Of a DNA stretch of 64,000 nucleotides, positions 1 to 10,301 are shown piece by piece. The stretch is taken from positions 1,088,001 through 1,152,000 of the forward strand of contig OY782391.1 of assembly GCA_963677745.1 (NCBI GenBank), read 5' to 3'. The translations under genes were made by a program, and so were the position numbers. The DNA comes from Candidatus Altimarinota bacterium. GTDB taxonomy: Bacteria; Patescibacteriota; Gracilibacteria; UBA1369. Positions within the stretch are counted from its first letter, which is position 1, and every line of letters starts with the position of its first letter. The notes below the pieces were generated by a model. It was not told the origin of the DNA, did no database searches, and was given only the letters and a program-made list of their open reading frames with translations.

Positions 1-532
1 AGATATTTTAGACAGGTACAGCCAGGCCATTACTGCGGTTGAGGAAAACGGTGTAGTTACACTGCATGTGAGACCTGATCTTGTGATTGCCGAAATTAGA
101 AACAGAATTAATGAACTTTATTCACAAAAAAACGATTTACAACAGCGTAAATTCCTGCTGAAAGTCCAAATAACGGATAAGGATTCAATAATTGAGGCAA
201 TGCCAGCGGAAAGATTGAATCTGCTCAGGAACAGAAAGCAGGAGTTTCAATTTATAATAGATAATTCTTTCAGAAAATCGGGACAACACCGCTCCGCGGA
301 CAGGGATTTGCAGCTATGCCGCGAGGAATCACATAATATCTCATTGGTCTCTCACCAACTTGGTTCTCTGAAAACGGATCTTTATAATTATGATTTGGCA
401 GTAACCACGAAATCACTTTATGAAGAGGAACTGGCCGGTCTCCAACCGGAGATCGACCGCCTGTCCAGGCAAATTGAGGAATATGATGAAGCGATTATCA
501 AAATCCTGGAAGCTTGTATCAAAGGAGAATGA
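1..532 (+). CDS. hypothetical coiled-coil protein, 5'-truncated by the window edge
   Basis: The frame of ORF 68..532 is open back to position 2 with no stop; helical, charged composition. Confidence 0.6.
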   Translation, partial: DILDRYSQAITAVEENGVVTLHVRPDLVIAEIRNRINELYSQKNDLQQRKFLLKVQITDKDSIIEAMPAERLNLLRNRKQEFQFIIDNSFRKSGQHRSADRDLQLCREESHNISLVSHQLGSLKTDLYNYDLAVTTKSLYEEELAGLQPEIDRLSRQIEEYDEAIIKILEACIKGE

Positions 533-622
533 AGTGGTCAGCAGCAGATGCTTGGCGAAATTGATCGGAAAGGATTTTTAAACTTTTATTTACGGCAAAA
601 ATAAGTATAAGTTTTAGGTTGT

Positions 623-1504
623 ATGGAAGAATTCCCCGTAAAACACAATCCCAGACGGCAATTCTACCTGATCCTGACGGTGGTGGTAATTTTGATGATG
701 TCTGGCGGGGGATATCTTGCCAAAAAAGTTTGGGGATATCAGAAACAGCCGGTGCCGCCGGCGGTCAGTTTTGCTTCGGTCATTTCAGCCGGGCAAACCG
801 CAAATCAGGATCAAACTACTTTATTGCAGAATCAGGGAACTTTGCCGCTGGACTCGGCTGCCTCTCCTGAAGTTGCGGCAAAATCAGATCAACCAACTGC
901 AAACGATGCGCCAACCATCCCCCCCGAATTAAATCTGGAGGTCCCTTTTTACGCTCAGGCGCCTTATGCCAACTGGGATTACCCCTGGCAGGAAGCCTGT
1001 GAGGAAGCCAGTATTCTGCTGGTGGCCGACATCTATTTTGACCGTCAATGGGACCGCCAAACTTTCAATCAGCAAATTCTGGATCTGGTGGAATGGGAGA
1101 AAAAACGATTTGGAGACTACAAACATACTTCGGTGCAGCAGACCTCTGACATGCTGGCGGAATACCTGGAACTGAAAAGCGTCATCCATGAAAATCCCAC
1201 TTTCGAAGATGTTCAAAAAGTATTGGCTCGCGGTCATCTGATCGTGATGACTTTTGACGGAAAAACTCTGGGCAATCCCAATTACAAAAACGGAGGACCG
1301 GTCTACCATGCTATGGTTATCAAGGGGTATAAAGAGGGACAGAAAATTATCACCAACGATGTCGGTACCAGAAACGGTGAGGATTATATTTATGACTGGG
1401 CAACCATCCAAAATTCCCTGCATGATTACAGTGAACCCATGAAAGACGGGGCTAAAAGAATGATCGAAGTTTTACCGCCAGACCTTCAACCCCCGATGCC
1501 ATGA
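623..1504 (+). CDS. C39-like cysteine peptidase family protein, N-terminal membrane anchor
   Basis: VPFYAQAP...WQEACEEAS (Cys), YHAMVIKGY (His), ITNDVGT (Asp); one N-terminal TM helix. Confidence 0.8.
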   Translation: MEEFPVKHNPRRQFYLILTVVVILMMSGGGYLAKKVWGYQKQPVPPAVSFASVISAGQTANQDQTTLLQNQGTLPLDSAASPEVAAKSDQPTANDAPTIPPELNLEVPFYAQAPYANWDYPWQEACEEASILLVADIYFDRQWDRQTFNQQILDLVEWEKKRFGDYKHTSVQQTSDMLAEYLELKSVIHENPTFEDVQKVLARGHLIVMTFDGKTLGNPNYKNGGPVYHAMVIKGYKEGQKIITNDVGTRNGEDYIYDWATIQNSLHDYSEPMKDGAKRMIEVLPPDLQPPMP

Positions 1505-2895
1505 CCACCAGCACCACAACTCCTAATCCCTCGCTGACGGTACTGGGCAAAAAAATCGTCTTTTCTACTGCCGTTCAATATGCAGGCAGGGGACTGCAGA
1601 TGCTTTTAGCGGTGGTGGCGCTCAAGCTGATTTCCAATTTTCTGAGTCAGCACGATTACGGAATTTACGGAACCATCACCGAATATTCGCTGTTTTTTTC
1701 GGTGGTCGCCAACCTGGGTATCTTTGCCAACATTGTCCGCCGCATGGCGGACAACCCCCGCGACGGGCGGATTTTCATCAGCGGTTTGGCACTGCGTCTG
1801 ATTAGCGCGGGAATTATTTTTATCATCGGGATTTTTTATCTGCTGCTGTCCGGCAGCGATCCGCTTTTCATCGGTTGCGTGGCCCTGCTGCTGGTTTCTT
1901 TGTTTCTCGATTTTATCACCTCGGTCTGCGACGGAATGCTGCAGGCCAATTATCTAATGGGCAGGGCCACACTGGCTCTGGTCGCCGGCCGCCTGGTTAG
2001 TCTGGCGGGCATTTTTCTGCTCACTGTCCAAACTGCTGCACTGACAGGGATGGGAGCGCCCGCCGACACCGCTTCTCTCCCACCCATCCTGGCTGCGGCA
2101 GGCGCCCCCTCCGCTCTCTTCTGGATCTTCGGAGCTTCCATTGCCGGTTCTCTGGTCACAGCTCTGCTCAGTCTCTACTTTGTGCGCGCCAGAATCGACT
2201 GGAGCTGGAAGGCCGACCCGGAACTGATTAAAAAACTTTTCTGGACCAGTTTCCCGATCGGACTGGTCTCCACCGTCAACCTGCTTTATTTCCGTTTCCT
2301 GCCCGATTATTTTGCCACCTTAAGCCTGACCGAGGAGCAGTTTGCGACCTTTAATATTTCTTTCCGCATTGCCCAGGTGGTCAGTCTGCTGTCCACTTTT
2401 CTAATGTTCTCGGCGCTGCCCGGCCTGCGCGAATACCTGGCACAGAAACACTGGCAGAAAGTCCTGAAACTGCTTCGCAAAATCTGGATATTTCTGGCTG
2501 CCTGCGGGCTGGCACTGGTTGTGTTCGGTTCGCTTTTTGGTGCGCCGCTGATCGAACTTTTGACCCACAAAAAATATTTTCTGCCGGAATTCTGGTTTGT
2601 ACTGCCGCTGATGTTCGTGCTGGCGGCTGTTTCCTACGGTTACGACGTGATTCTGGTGGTGCTGTTTGCCCTGGAGAAAGATTGGTGGCTGTTCAAACGG
2701 GAGCTGCTGGCCCTGACCATCGCACTGCTTTTTTTCGGTGCGGGCTGGCTTATCCCGGCCGCTCTCCCTTCATCTGTTCAGCTCAAACTGCTCCTGATAA
2801 TTATTGGCGCCATCGCCGGTGAGACCACTATGCTGATTCTGGGTGCAATCAAAATAAAAAAGTCACTGGGACTTCTTACTCACGAAAAAAAATAA
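1501..2895 (+). CDS. Wzx/MOP-superfamily oligosaccharide flippase
   Basis: About 12-14 hydrophobic segments; N-terminal L...DYGIY...NLGI pattern typical of polysaccharide export proteins; overlaps the upstream stop (ATGA). Confidence 0.75.
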   Translation: MTTSTTTPNPSLTVLGKKIVFSTAVQYAGRGLQMLLAVVALKLISNFLSQHDYGIYGTITEYSLFFSVVANLGIFANIVRRMADNPRDGRIFISGLALRLISAGIIFIIGIFYLLLSGSDPLFIGCVALLLVSLFLDFITSVCDGMLQANYLMGRATLALVAGRLVSLAGIFLLTVQTAALTGMGAPADTASLPPILAAAGAPSALFWIFGASIAGSLVTALLSLYFVRARIDWSWKADPELIKKLFWTSFPIGLVSTVNLLYFRFLPDYFATLSLTEEQFATFNISFRIAQVVSLLSTFLMFSALPGLREYLAQKHWQKVLKLLRKIWIFLAACGLALVVFGSLFGAPLIELLTHKKYFLPEFWFVLPLMFVLAAVSYGYDVILVVLFALEKDWWLFKRELLALTIALLFFGAGWLIPAALPSSVQLKLLLIIIGAIAGETTMLILGAIKIKKSLGLLTHEKK

Positions 2896-2910
2896 TTTAA
2901 ACAAATAACC

Positions 2911-3207
2911 ATGGTTAAATGCATTCAATGCGGAAAAGAACTGGAAAAGTCTGAAGCCTCCATTTCCGGCAGCCAGCTGGGGGATGAAAACACCGATTCT
3001 TATTATTTATGTCCCGTCTGCGGAGTCTATACTCTGGAACATTATTTTGACGATTTTGACGGCGAGGGGTCCTCTTCCTTCGAAGGGCCGGTCAGCAAAG
3101 AAAAAGGCGACCAGGCCATCAATCTGATCCGCCAGTGCCCTGAACCCTGGGACAAAACCTGCCGCTGCCCGGCCCATCTGAAGTATTGGTCAGGCAATCT
3201 GGACTGA
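2911..3207 (+). CDS. small Cys-rich putative zinc-binding protein
   Basis: CxxC...CxxC...C-x7-CxCxxH in 98 aa. Confidence 0.6.
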   Translation: MVKCIQCGKELEKSEASISGSQLGDENTDSYYLCPVCGVYTLEHYFDDFDGEGSSSFEGPVSKEKGDQAINLIRQCPEPWDKTCRCPAHLKYWSGNLD

Positions 3208-3219
3208 CCTGACAAACTC

Positions 3220-3249
3220 AAAAAGAACTGTCCCGCGACAGTTCTTTTT
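3220..3249. terminator. bidirectional intrinsic terminator
   Basis: aaaaagaactgtc-ccgc-gacagttcttttt between convergent genes. Confidence 0.8.
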
Positions 3250-3267
3250 ATTAGTTTTTGATTGGAA

Positions 3268-3876
3268 TTACTCCTTGGAAACTTTCTTGGCAGCCTTTTT
3301 TACTTTGGCCTTTTTGACGGGTTCAGCGGCAGCTTTCTCAGCCTTGGCCTCTACTGATGCCTGTTCCTTTTTATTGACGATAATATCCGGAGGTGCCAAA
3401 AGTCTGATCAGTTTATCGAGTTTTGCGTTGAGCATCTCAAACTGTACCGTGTACAAGTCGGCGCCTTTATTTCCACCGTCTCTGCTATCCCGGCTGTCTC
3501 TGTCTCTGTCGCCGTATCCGCTTTCCTTGTGAAAAGAAGGTCTTCCCGAATCCCGGTTGTCCCTGCCGTAGCTGGGTTTGTCGAAATTTCTGCCGCCGGA
3601 TCTGTCGGAGTCACCCTCTCTCTTGAAACAATTGTTGCAGAAAACGGGTTTGTCTCCTGAAGGTCTGAACGGTACTTCGCATTCGTTACCGCATTCATCG
3701 CAAACAGCCGGATGCATGGAGGGTCTGCCTCCATCCCTGCCGCCTCCAAAGCCCCCGCGACCGCCGCCAAAGCTTGGTCTTCCGGAAGGTTTTCCGTAAA
3801 ATTTCTTCCCTCCGCCGCCTCCTCCATCGCGGCTGCCTCCTCCACTGCCGAATCTTTTATTCCTGTTAAATTCCAT
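3268..3876 (-). CDS. CxxC-x17-CxxC domain protein with RGG-rich N-terminus and Lys-rich tail
   Basis: MHPAVCDECGNECEVPFRPSGDKPVFCNNCF matches the CxxC-x17-CxxC family pattern. Confidence 0.85.
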   Translation of the reverse strand: MEFNRNKRFGSGGGSRDGGGGGGKKFYGKPSGRPSFGGGRGGFGGGRDGGRPSMHPAVCDECGNECEVPFRPSGDKPVFCNNCFKREGDSDRSGGRNFDKPSYGRDNRDSGRPSFHKESGYGDRDRDSRDSRDGGNKGADLYTVQFEMLNAKLDKLIRLLAPPDIIVNKKEQASVEAKAEKAAAEPVKKAKVKKAAKKVSKE

Positions 3877-4015
3877 GAAAATGATTTTTTAGCTATTACA
3901 AGGGCAAAAGGTATGCCTATTCTCTGAATTAGGCAATAGCATCTTACTTTTTAAAATGGTTTTGAGAAAAATACCCGAAAAGTCCATAATCGGATAAATC
4001 AATAATCTTACTTGC

Positions 4016-5260
4016 ATGGAAACCAATTTTTCGGGACCAGGACAAATCCCCCCGGATCTTCAGTCGAAGCTGGGCATTCAGGGCAACAGCCAGTTCCCTT
4101 TTGACCCCGAACGGATTAAAAGGAAAGTCAGACTGACGCTGATCACTACTGTGGCCTTTGTAGTCATAATTTTAGGGTTGATGGTCTCATTGATATTTTT
4201 CCCCTACCTGTTTTCCGGGATTTTCGAAATTTTTGATCGCGGGCCCATCAAAGGAGAAATGTTGGACCTCGCTTACTTTCCCTCTGAATCCGCTGGCGGC
4301 CGGGCCTGGATAGTGACCAATCCCTCCTTCAACTATATCCAGACGGTCAGCACTCCCGGCAGTTATTCCGTCAGTTCCGAATGTGTGGGGTGCAAAATCC
4401 GGGTATATATCTTTGATCCGCTGACACAGACTGTACAGACGCAGTGGGACATCCCCATTACAGGCAGACCGCTTGATGTAAATCTCGACCGTCAGCAGGA
4501 TTCTGTTTGGATGTCGGCCCGCCAGACTGATGATTTCGATCCTATCATCTACAAATATGACGCCAAAACGGGAGCGGAATTATTTAATACGAATTCATTC
4601 ATCAAGAATTTTCCGCAATTGACCGCTCCGATCGTGGAATTGATGCAGCTTGAAAATCCCCTGAGATACAATTTAAAACTGGCCGACGGTAAAGAGTTTG
4701 TTTTCGATCCCGGAGAGGGCAAATTGTATGCCGATCAGCAGGAATTCGACAAGTCCCTAAACGGTGAAAAGGAAGCCACCGTGTTCGCACTGGTAAAGGA
4801 ATCCTCCGATCAAAGGAAAAAACTTTTCAGTATCACCGGGCCCGGCAACAAAGTTCTGAATGGAAAATGCGATGCACACGCCAATGACTCTGACACGTTA
4901 AAATTTTTCTGTGCTGCAACCGCAAAACAGCTCAGTGAAGAAATATTTCTGGAACCAATCATCATTTACCAGGACGAACGGCTGGCGGTGATCTTTCATC
5001 AGGACAACCTGGGCAGAAGCGCCCAAAGACAACTAACCGCCTTTGGACTGGACGGAAAGAAACTCTGGACCGTGCCGCAGGACCGGCTTTTTAATGAAAT
5101 TAGATACAGCACGGAAGATCCATTTTCCGGAATTTTCTTTATTAAAGATCATCTTTCCGCGGAAAAGGCCGGCGATGTGTTTGTCTTCAGCGTTGAGGGC
5201 GTAGGGGCTGTTGGCATAAACACGGAGAATGGGGCTGAATTATGGAGGATCAGGCCCTGA
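4016..5260 (+). CDS. membrane-anchored putative beta-propeller protein
   Basis: One N-terminal TM; repeated D/N-xxTGxxLW-like motifs (DAKTGAELF, DGKKLW, NTENGAELW). Confidence 0.55.
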   Translation: METNFSGPGQIPPDLQSKLGIQGNSQFPFDPERIKRKVRLTLITTVAFVVIILGLMVSLIFFPYLFSGIFEIFDRGPIKGEMLDLAYFPSESAGGRAWIVTNPSFNYIQTVSTPGSYSVSSECVGCKIRVYIFDPLTQTVQTQWDIPITGRPLDVNLDRQQDSVWMSARQTDDFDPIIYKYDAKTGAELFNTNSFIKNFPQLTAPIVELMQLENPLRYNLKLADGKEFVFDPGEGKLYADQQEFDKSLNGEKEATVFALVKESSDQRKKLFSITGPGNKVLNGKCDAHANDSDTLKFFCAATAKQLSEEIFLEPIIIYQDERLAVIFHQDNLGRSAQRQLTAFGLDGKKLWTVPQDRLFNEIRYSTEDPFSGIFFIKDHLSAEKAGDVFVFSVEGVGAVGINTENGAELWRIRP

Positions 5261-5338
5261 TAATGCTTGTAAAGACGGAATGCTTGAAAAAAGCATTTTC
5301 AGGGTTAAATTGGACAGGCAGATATTTAAAATAAATTT

Positions 5339-5857
5339 ATGATCAAACGCACCGCCCTATTGTTTGTCGCTCTGTCCTCCCTTGTCTTTCTGTCCGCCTG
5401 TGGCACCGTAAGCACTCCGGTTGAAAAACAAGATAAACTGACCGTTGTTGAGACTCCCAAAGTTGAAACTCCCAAAATCGAAATCAAAGAAACTGAATCG
5501 GAAGATCAGAACACCGAACAACCGAAAACCGATGACAATGACAAAGTTGCCGTTATTGACGCACCTCTGAAAGACGCCAAAATCACCACGCCGGTCACCG
5601 TCTCGGGGACAGCACCTGCTTTCTGGTTTTTCGAAAATTCCTTTCCCGTACAGGTTCTGGATTCCGCCGGAACGGTATTAGGTTCCGCACAGGCCAATCC
5701 GGACACGGAGAGTATGCCCGAAGGAATGACTGCCTTCCACGCCGAAGTGGAATTTGAAAAGTCAGCTACTCCTACGGGGATTTTGCTATTCAGAGCCGAC
5801 AACCCCTCCGGTTTGCCGGAAAATGAATACAGCGTGAAGGTGCCGGTAACATTCTAG
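5339..5857 (+). CDS. lipoprotein with Gmad2-like immunoglobulin domain
   Basis: Lipobox LSAC; VSGTAP.WFFENSFPV...DNPSGLPE motif. Confidence 0.8.
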   Translation: MIKRTALLFVALSSLVFLSACGTVSTPVEKQDKLTVVETPKVETPKIEIKETESEDQNTEQPKTDDNDKVAVIDAPLKDAKITTPVTVSGTAPAFWFFENSFPVQVLDSAGTVLGSAQANPDTESMPEGMTAFHAEVEFEKSATPTGILLFRADNPSGLPENEYSVKVPVTF

Positions 5858-5858
5858 G

Positions 5859-6704
5859 ATGGGAAATCTAGACAATACAGCGTTGCCAAAAACTGCCAGT
5901 CAGCGCTTCTGGACGCGCGATTCATCTTTCCTGCTGGCTGGTTTTTTACTGGTGATCATTCTGATCGGTTACTTCTGGTGGCCCTTGGTTGAGGCGATCT
6001 TGAGACGGATTGACTGGAACGGGGACTGGTGGCTGCGACTGGATTGGCTGTTGCTGGGTATTTTTGCCTTCACGTCACTTACCATTGTGGCCCGGGCCGA
6101 CTTCAAAACCGACGCCTTAATCATCTTTGTGGGAATATGCGGCGGCTTGTTCATCGAGGCCTGGGGAACTCAGACCAATTTATGGCATTATTACACTTTG
6201 GAACGGCCGCCCCTCTGGATTATTCCGGCCTGGCCGATTGCCAATTTGTCTATCGACCGGATTACCAGGGCACTGGATTGGATCGTTACAAAGTTCTCCA
6301 AAGTCCACTCCAAAGACAAGCTTCAACGAAATGGAATTTTCAAGGTCGCGTACTGGATCATTTTTGGGGCTTTCCTGATTCTAATGATTTCTTTTGTCGC
6401 ACCGACCTTCGACAAATCTTTCACCATTTTGTCTTTGCTACTTTGCGTGATTATGATTCTCACCCCGACCGACTACCGTCATGTCACCCTGATCTTTATC
6501 GCCGGCTCGGCCCTCGGTTACTTTCTGGAACTATGGGGCACCACCAACCATTGCTGGACCTATTATACTAACCAAACTCCGCCACTCTTCGCCGTTCTGG
6601 CTCACGGCCTGGCCGCCGTGGCTTTCTGGAGGGCGGCACTGGTTTTGAAAATGATCCGGAACAGCGCAGTCGGGCAGTTGGACAAGCTGTTTGCCAAAGT
6701 CTGA
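5859..6704 (+). CDS. integral membrane protein with internal duplication
   Basis: Two copies of E.WGT....W.YYT...PPL (EAWGTQTNLWHYYTLERPPLW; ELWGTTNHCWTYYTNQTPPLF). Confidence 0.7.
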   Translation: MGNLDNTALPKTASQRFWTRDSSFLLAGFLLVIILIGYFWWPLVEAILRRIDWNGDWWLRLDWLLLGIFAFTSLTIVARADFKTDALIIFVGICGGLFIEAWGTQTNLWHYYTLERPPLWIIPAWPIANLSIDRITRALDWIVTKFSKVHSKDKLQRNGIFKVAYWIIFGAFLILMISFVAPTFDKSFTILSLLLCVIMILTPTDYRHVTLIFIAGSALGYFLELWGTTNHCWTYYTNQTPPLFAVLAHGLAAVAFWRAALVLKMIRNSAVGQLDKLFAKV

Positions 6705-6821
6705 ATATTTGCAATCACAATATTATTTTAAATACTGCAAACATTATACAGCAGAGAACTCAAAACAAAATTGGTGGGCGAATAAAAGAGCACGTTCGTG
6801 CGAGTCTTACTTTAACTAAAA

Positions 6822-7241
6822 CTAACGATTGGTTTTAATTGTGTCGGCCACCCTGGGCCACAGGTCCAGCTGTCCCAACAGAAGAGACGCCGACTCCGGT
6901 CTGGGCGGAATCATGCCGTTTAAATAAGCTGCGATAGCCAGAATGGCATATCGATTAATCCTAACCACTCTATAATGACCGTAACCCGCGTCTCCAATTT
7001 CTACTGCGTCCAGGAATGAATCTTTAACTATCTCCAACTGCTCATCGGAGAGTTGCACCGAATCAAGTGCTTCGGGTTTGAGCATTTTTTTAAGGAGTTT
7101 GATTACCATGCCTGCAGCTGTGTTTCTTACTGTATGCAGTTTCTGAAAATCAATATCTCTGTTTTCATAAGGTTCCAATTCGTTTTCCATTTGTACGAAA
7201 AAGTCCCTTAATAACTGAAATTTTGGTGCTTCAAGTCCCAT
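6822..7241 (-). CDS. hypothetical protein
   Basis: ORF with probable ATG at 7241 (MGLEAPKF); no recognised motif. Confidence 0.55.
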   Translation of the reverse strand: MGLEAPKFQLLRDFFVQMENELEPYENRDIDFQKLHTVRNTAAGMVIKLLKKMLKPEALDSVQLSDEQLEIVKDSFLDAVEIGDAGYGHYRVVRINRYAILAIAAYLNGMIPPRPESASLLLGQLDLWPRVADTIKTNR

Positions 7242-7367
7242 ATTTGTGTAATTAAACTTTAGCCTGCCCCGGCAGGAATAATACGACAAATGCTAAAAAC
7301 GTCAATAAATAGATGACACGCTGATTTAACCTCTAACTAGTTATCATTTTAGGCTATCTCTAGACAC

Positions 7368-7396
7368 TTGACAAAAGTGCAAAAAACAGGTACAAC
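7368..7396 (+). promoter_or_regulatory. sigma70-like promoter
   Basis: TTGACA-17 nt-TACAAC upstream of ORF 7426. Confidence 0.5.
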
Positions 7397-7425
7397 GTTA
7401 TACAAAGATAACTTAAAACACTTGT

Positions 7426-8601
7426 ATGGATTTCCTGAGGATAAATGAACAAATGGAGGGGAAAGTGCATAGGTCAGCCGTCGATTTAACGATCATCCAA
7501 GGTCTTGCGGCCATGACTTTAGCCGTTTCTTCGCTTGTGGCCGCTGTGGGATGTAAAGAAGCCGCAGCCGACAGGGAAAAACCGGCTGAAATCCAAACCC
7601 AGAAACCCTCGGTTTTCAGAAAGGCGGAGAAACTCAAGCAAATTGATCGAAATACCATTCCCGCAAGTCTGGCAGTAAGAATCAAAGGTCAGGGAACAGT
7701 CGAAATCGCGCCTGAAAAATATGATCCCAGTCTTCCCAACTTGTATTTGATCGGTGTTACGCATACTCGTGGAGACAATCAGGCCAAGGGGCTGGACTCA
7801 CAAAAACAGGCCTTAGAAATATTTCACACCTTGTATTCCCTGGGCACTGAGCGACAGATTATGGAAGGAGTTGACCGGAGTAAAGAACTTATTCATGACC
7901 GTCCCCAGCCGGGCTTTAACGAAACTCCCTATGAGGCCATGCCGGTCTATCTGCGTACAGGTAAAATCCATCGTGGTTACGTTGCTGTGGAGGGAATCTA
8001 TGGCTCATCAGTTGAATCACTTGGAGCAGAAGATGAAAAGCTGGAGCTAACATTCAGAAAGAATCCGGTTTTGACAGAATCAAATGAATTAAAAATCACA
8101 GGCGATATTCTTGCGCGATTATGTGACGAATTCAAAGTACCGGTAGAAAAGAGTAAACTGGCAAAAAGGGATTACCGAAGATCCATTGCCGCGCAGATCT
8201 GGAAAGATCATGTTTCCTGTTTACCTGCCGACAAAATTCAGGGACTGATAAACCGGACTGTGCTGGCCAATCAGGAGTATCAGGAATTTAATAAGACAAT
8301 GGCGGCCAGCAGGTTTCACACCTATCAGGGTAGAAACAAGACATTCAGGGATACACTGAAGTCCATTCCAACTAAAGATACCGCTTTTATAGTAGGCGCC
8401 GCCCATATGTCGGGCATTGCAGGTCTGGTCAAGAACTACAATGTTTTTGGAATAAAAACTGATGCTGTGAATTCTCAAAAGCTGCATTACTATCACGAAA
8501 AATTTTCTCTTCAGGAATATCAAAACGATCTGCTTAAATACGATTTGTACCTATACGGCTTGGGAGAAAAACCTGAAAAAACACTTTTTGACGATATTTA
8601 A
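7426..8601 (+). CDS. hypothetical putative lipoprotein
   Basis: Internal lipobox-like VAAVGC after a leader; LYLIGVTH...MEG...IVGAAH is loosely reminiscent of TraB/EreA-like folds (weak). Confidence 0.55.
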   Translation: MDFLRINEQMEGKVHRSAVDLTIIQGLAAMTLAVSSLVAAVGCKEAAADREKPAEIQTQKPSVFRKAEKLKQIDRNTIPASLAVRIKGQGTVEIAPEKYDPSLPNLYLIGVTHTRGDNQAKGLDSQKQALEIFHTLYSLGTERQIMEGVDRSKELIHDRPQPGFNETPYEAMPVYLRTGKIHRGYVAVEGIYGSSVESLGAEDEKLELTFRKNPVLTESNELKITGDILARLCDEFKVPVEKSKLAKRDYRRSIAAQIWKDHVSCLPADKIQGLINRTVLANQEYQEFNKTMAASRFHTYQGRNKTFRDTLKSIPTKDTAFIVGAAHMSGIAGLVKNYNVFGIKTDAVNSQKLHYYHEKFSLQEYQNDLLKYDLYLYGLGEKPEKTLFDDI

Positions 8602-8619
8602 AAAAACTATTTGTCCACC

Positions 8620-10257
8620 ATGGAGCCTTCAATAGATAAAAAAACACGCACTCCGGAAGAACTTCGACAAAGGCTTTCCCTGGCGATTCAATTGCCTCAG
8701 GATGCCAAAAGGTTTTTTAGCGGACAGCGCCTGGAAGAGCTGATCAGGGTCTTTCGTGACCCTGCGTTGGTCGAGCTGGATATGATGGCCAATGATCCTG
8801 CTATTGCTGAGGATATGGATTTTATTGAATATTGCACCTTTTTGCCGGAATGGAGGAGCGTAAACAAGAAATTTGACAAAGCCGGCAAGGAACTTTATGA
8901 GTTTCTTAAAAAAGGCGTACCTGCGGCTGTCCGCAAAGTTACGGACTGTACGCAATCGTTTCATCCGGGACCGGTATTGGAACTATATAGTGCCGTAACG
9001 CGCCTGATTATTTCCCTGTCTGTACATCAGCCAGGCATAAAAACGCCGTTTGCAGCCAATTTGCAGACCAATCTGCTGATCGATACCTATGCCCGCTTGA
9101 CTTATGCAGTGATTGAAGAATTCAGAAAGGCCCCGCGTACAGTGACTTACCGGGGTGCAGTCCAGGATGTTACTGATCTGCTCAGCGGCAGGTTGGGGGA
9201 TCTGGTGAATAATCTTTACCAGACCAACAAACATTTGTTTCCCTGGGGATTGCCCGGTTATGCGGAACAGAAGTCAATTTATCAGATTCTTCTCAACAAC
9301 GAGAACTTTTTCAGGAACTTGGCTGAATTGCAGAAAATCGGATCTGTCAGCAGGGATCCGAAAATACTTCAGGAGCAGATAGACGAAAAACACGAATTGA
9401 TTTTCGAACTTTTAAATGAAAATGATTTCGAGGATTTTGAGTTCACCGGAACAAATTTCCGCGTGCGATTTTCCAATATTCGCCGCCAGTTGGGAGCAGG
9501 TAGAAAAGCCAATTATCTGTTCAAGTGTAAAATTATTCTGGATCCCTCCGTCTCAGTGGTACCGGATGAACCGGTCGCCAAAAAGGGCCAGGATATGGGG
9601 CTTCTTGTTGATGTTCGTCCCGGTTATTATGATTTGATTGCCTATTCCAGCAACAGCAATCTGCACATCAGCAACGGATTAAGCTATGAAATGCTTTTCC
9701 AGGATCAGACAAAATATTTGCAAATACTAAATGCCATTTATCAGATATTTTTCGATAAAATCGGCGAAATTGACAGTGCCCGGATGAAAGAGGTCGTCAA
9801 ACAGAAAAGCGTGAAGGAGATGGCCGAGGATACGCATGAACAAATTACGGAAGATCTGGCCCCGTCTCAGCCGGCAGAAACACCGGAATTTTGGGAAACA
9901 GAATTGCCGGAAATGTCGTCACCGGAAGAATCACATGAACAACCAACTTCGGAGGTCACCCCGGACCAGACCATTCCGGAAGACCGCCCCGAACAAATTA
10001 TTCCCGAAGCCCGCAAAAGCAGCGGCGCCAACATCTCTCTGCGCGGACGCAAAGGAAATCGTGTGCTGCAGGTTCTGGAAAGCATCTTAGGGCCTTCCGT
10101 GCGCTGTGAGGGAACCAGCCACTTCATTTTTCGGGGGCGTTCCGGAAAAACCTATCCGATCTCGATTCATGGTAAAAAAGACGTTGGGGAGGGACTTCTG
10201 AAAAAATGCCTGGAAATGTACGGCATTTCCAAAACGGAGTTTGATGATGGATATTGA
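8620..10257 (+). CDS. large hypothetical protein with C-terminal HicA-like (dsRBD-fold mRNA interferase) domain
   Basis: The last ~65 aa (RVLQVLESILG...GTSHFIF...YPISIHGKKDVGEGLLKKCL) match the HicA pattern, after an acidic Pro/Glu linker. Confidence 0.65.
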   Translation: MEPSIDKKTRTPEELRQRLSLAIQLPQDAKRFFSGQRLEELIRVFRDPALVELDMMANDPAIAEDMDFIEYCTFLPEWRSVNKKFDKAGKELYEFLKKGVPAAVRKVTDCTQSFHPGPVLELYSAVTRLIISLSVHQPGIKTPFAANLQTNLLIDTYARLTYAVIEEFRKAPRTVTYRGAVQDVTDLLSGRLGDLVNNLYQTNKHLFPWGLPGYAEQKSIYQILLNNENFFRNLAELQKIGSVSRDPKILQEQIDEKHELIFELLNENDFEDFEFTGTNFRVRFSNIRRQLGAGRKANYLFKCKIILDPSVSVVPDEPVAKKGQDMGLLVDVRPGYYDLIAYSSNSNLHISNGLSYEMLFQDQTKYLQILNAIYQIFFDKIGEIDSARMKEVVKQKSVKEMAEDTHEQITEDLAPSQPAETPEFWETELPEMSSPEESHEQPTSEVTPDQTIPEDRPEQIIPEARKSSGANISLRGRKGNRVLQVLESILGPSVRCEGTSHFIFRGRSGKTYPISIHGKKDVGEGLLKKCLEMYGISKTEFDDGY

Positions 10258-10301
10258 CACGAGCCGAAGGTGTGTTAATGTAAGCCCTAAACTATCTAGT
10301 T

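Noticed and set aside
532-580. Possible further att-like scar after the first ORF
   Set aside because: Similarity to the 13935/15860 repeat is too weak and out of register to support.
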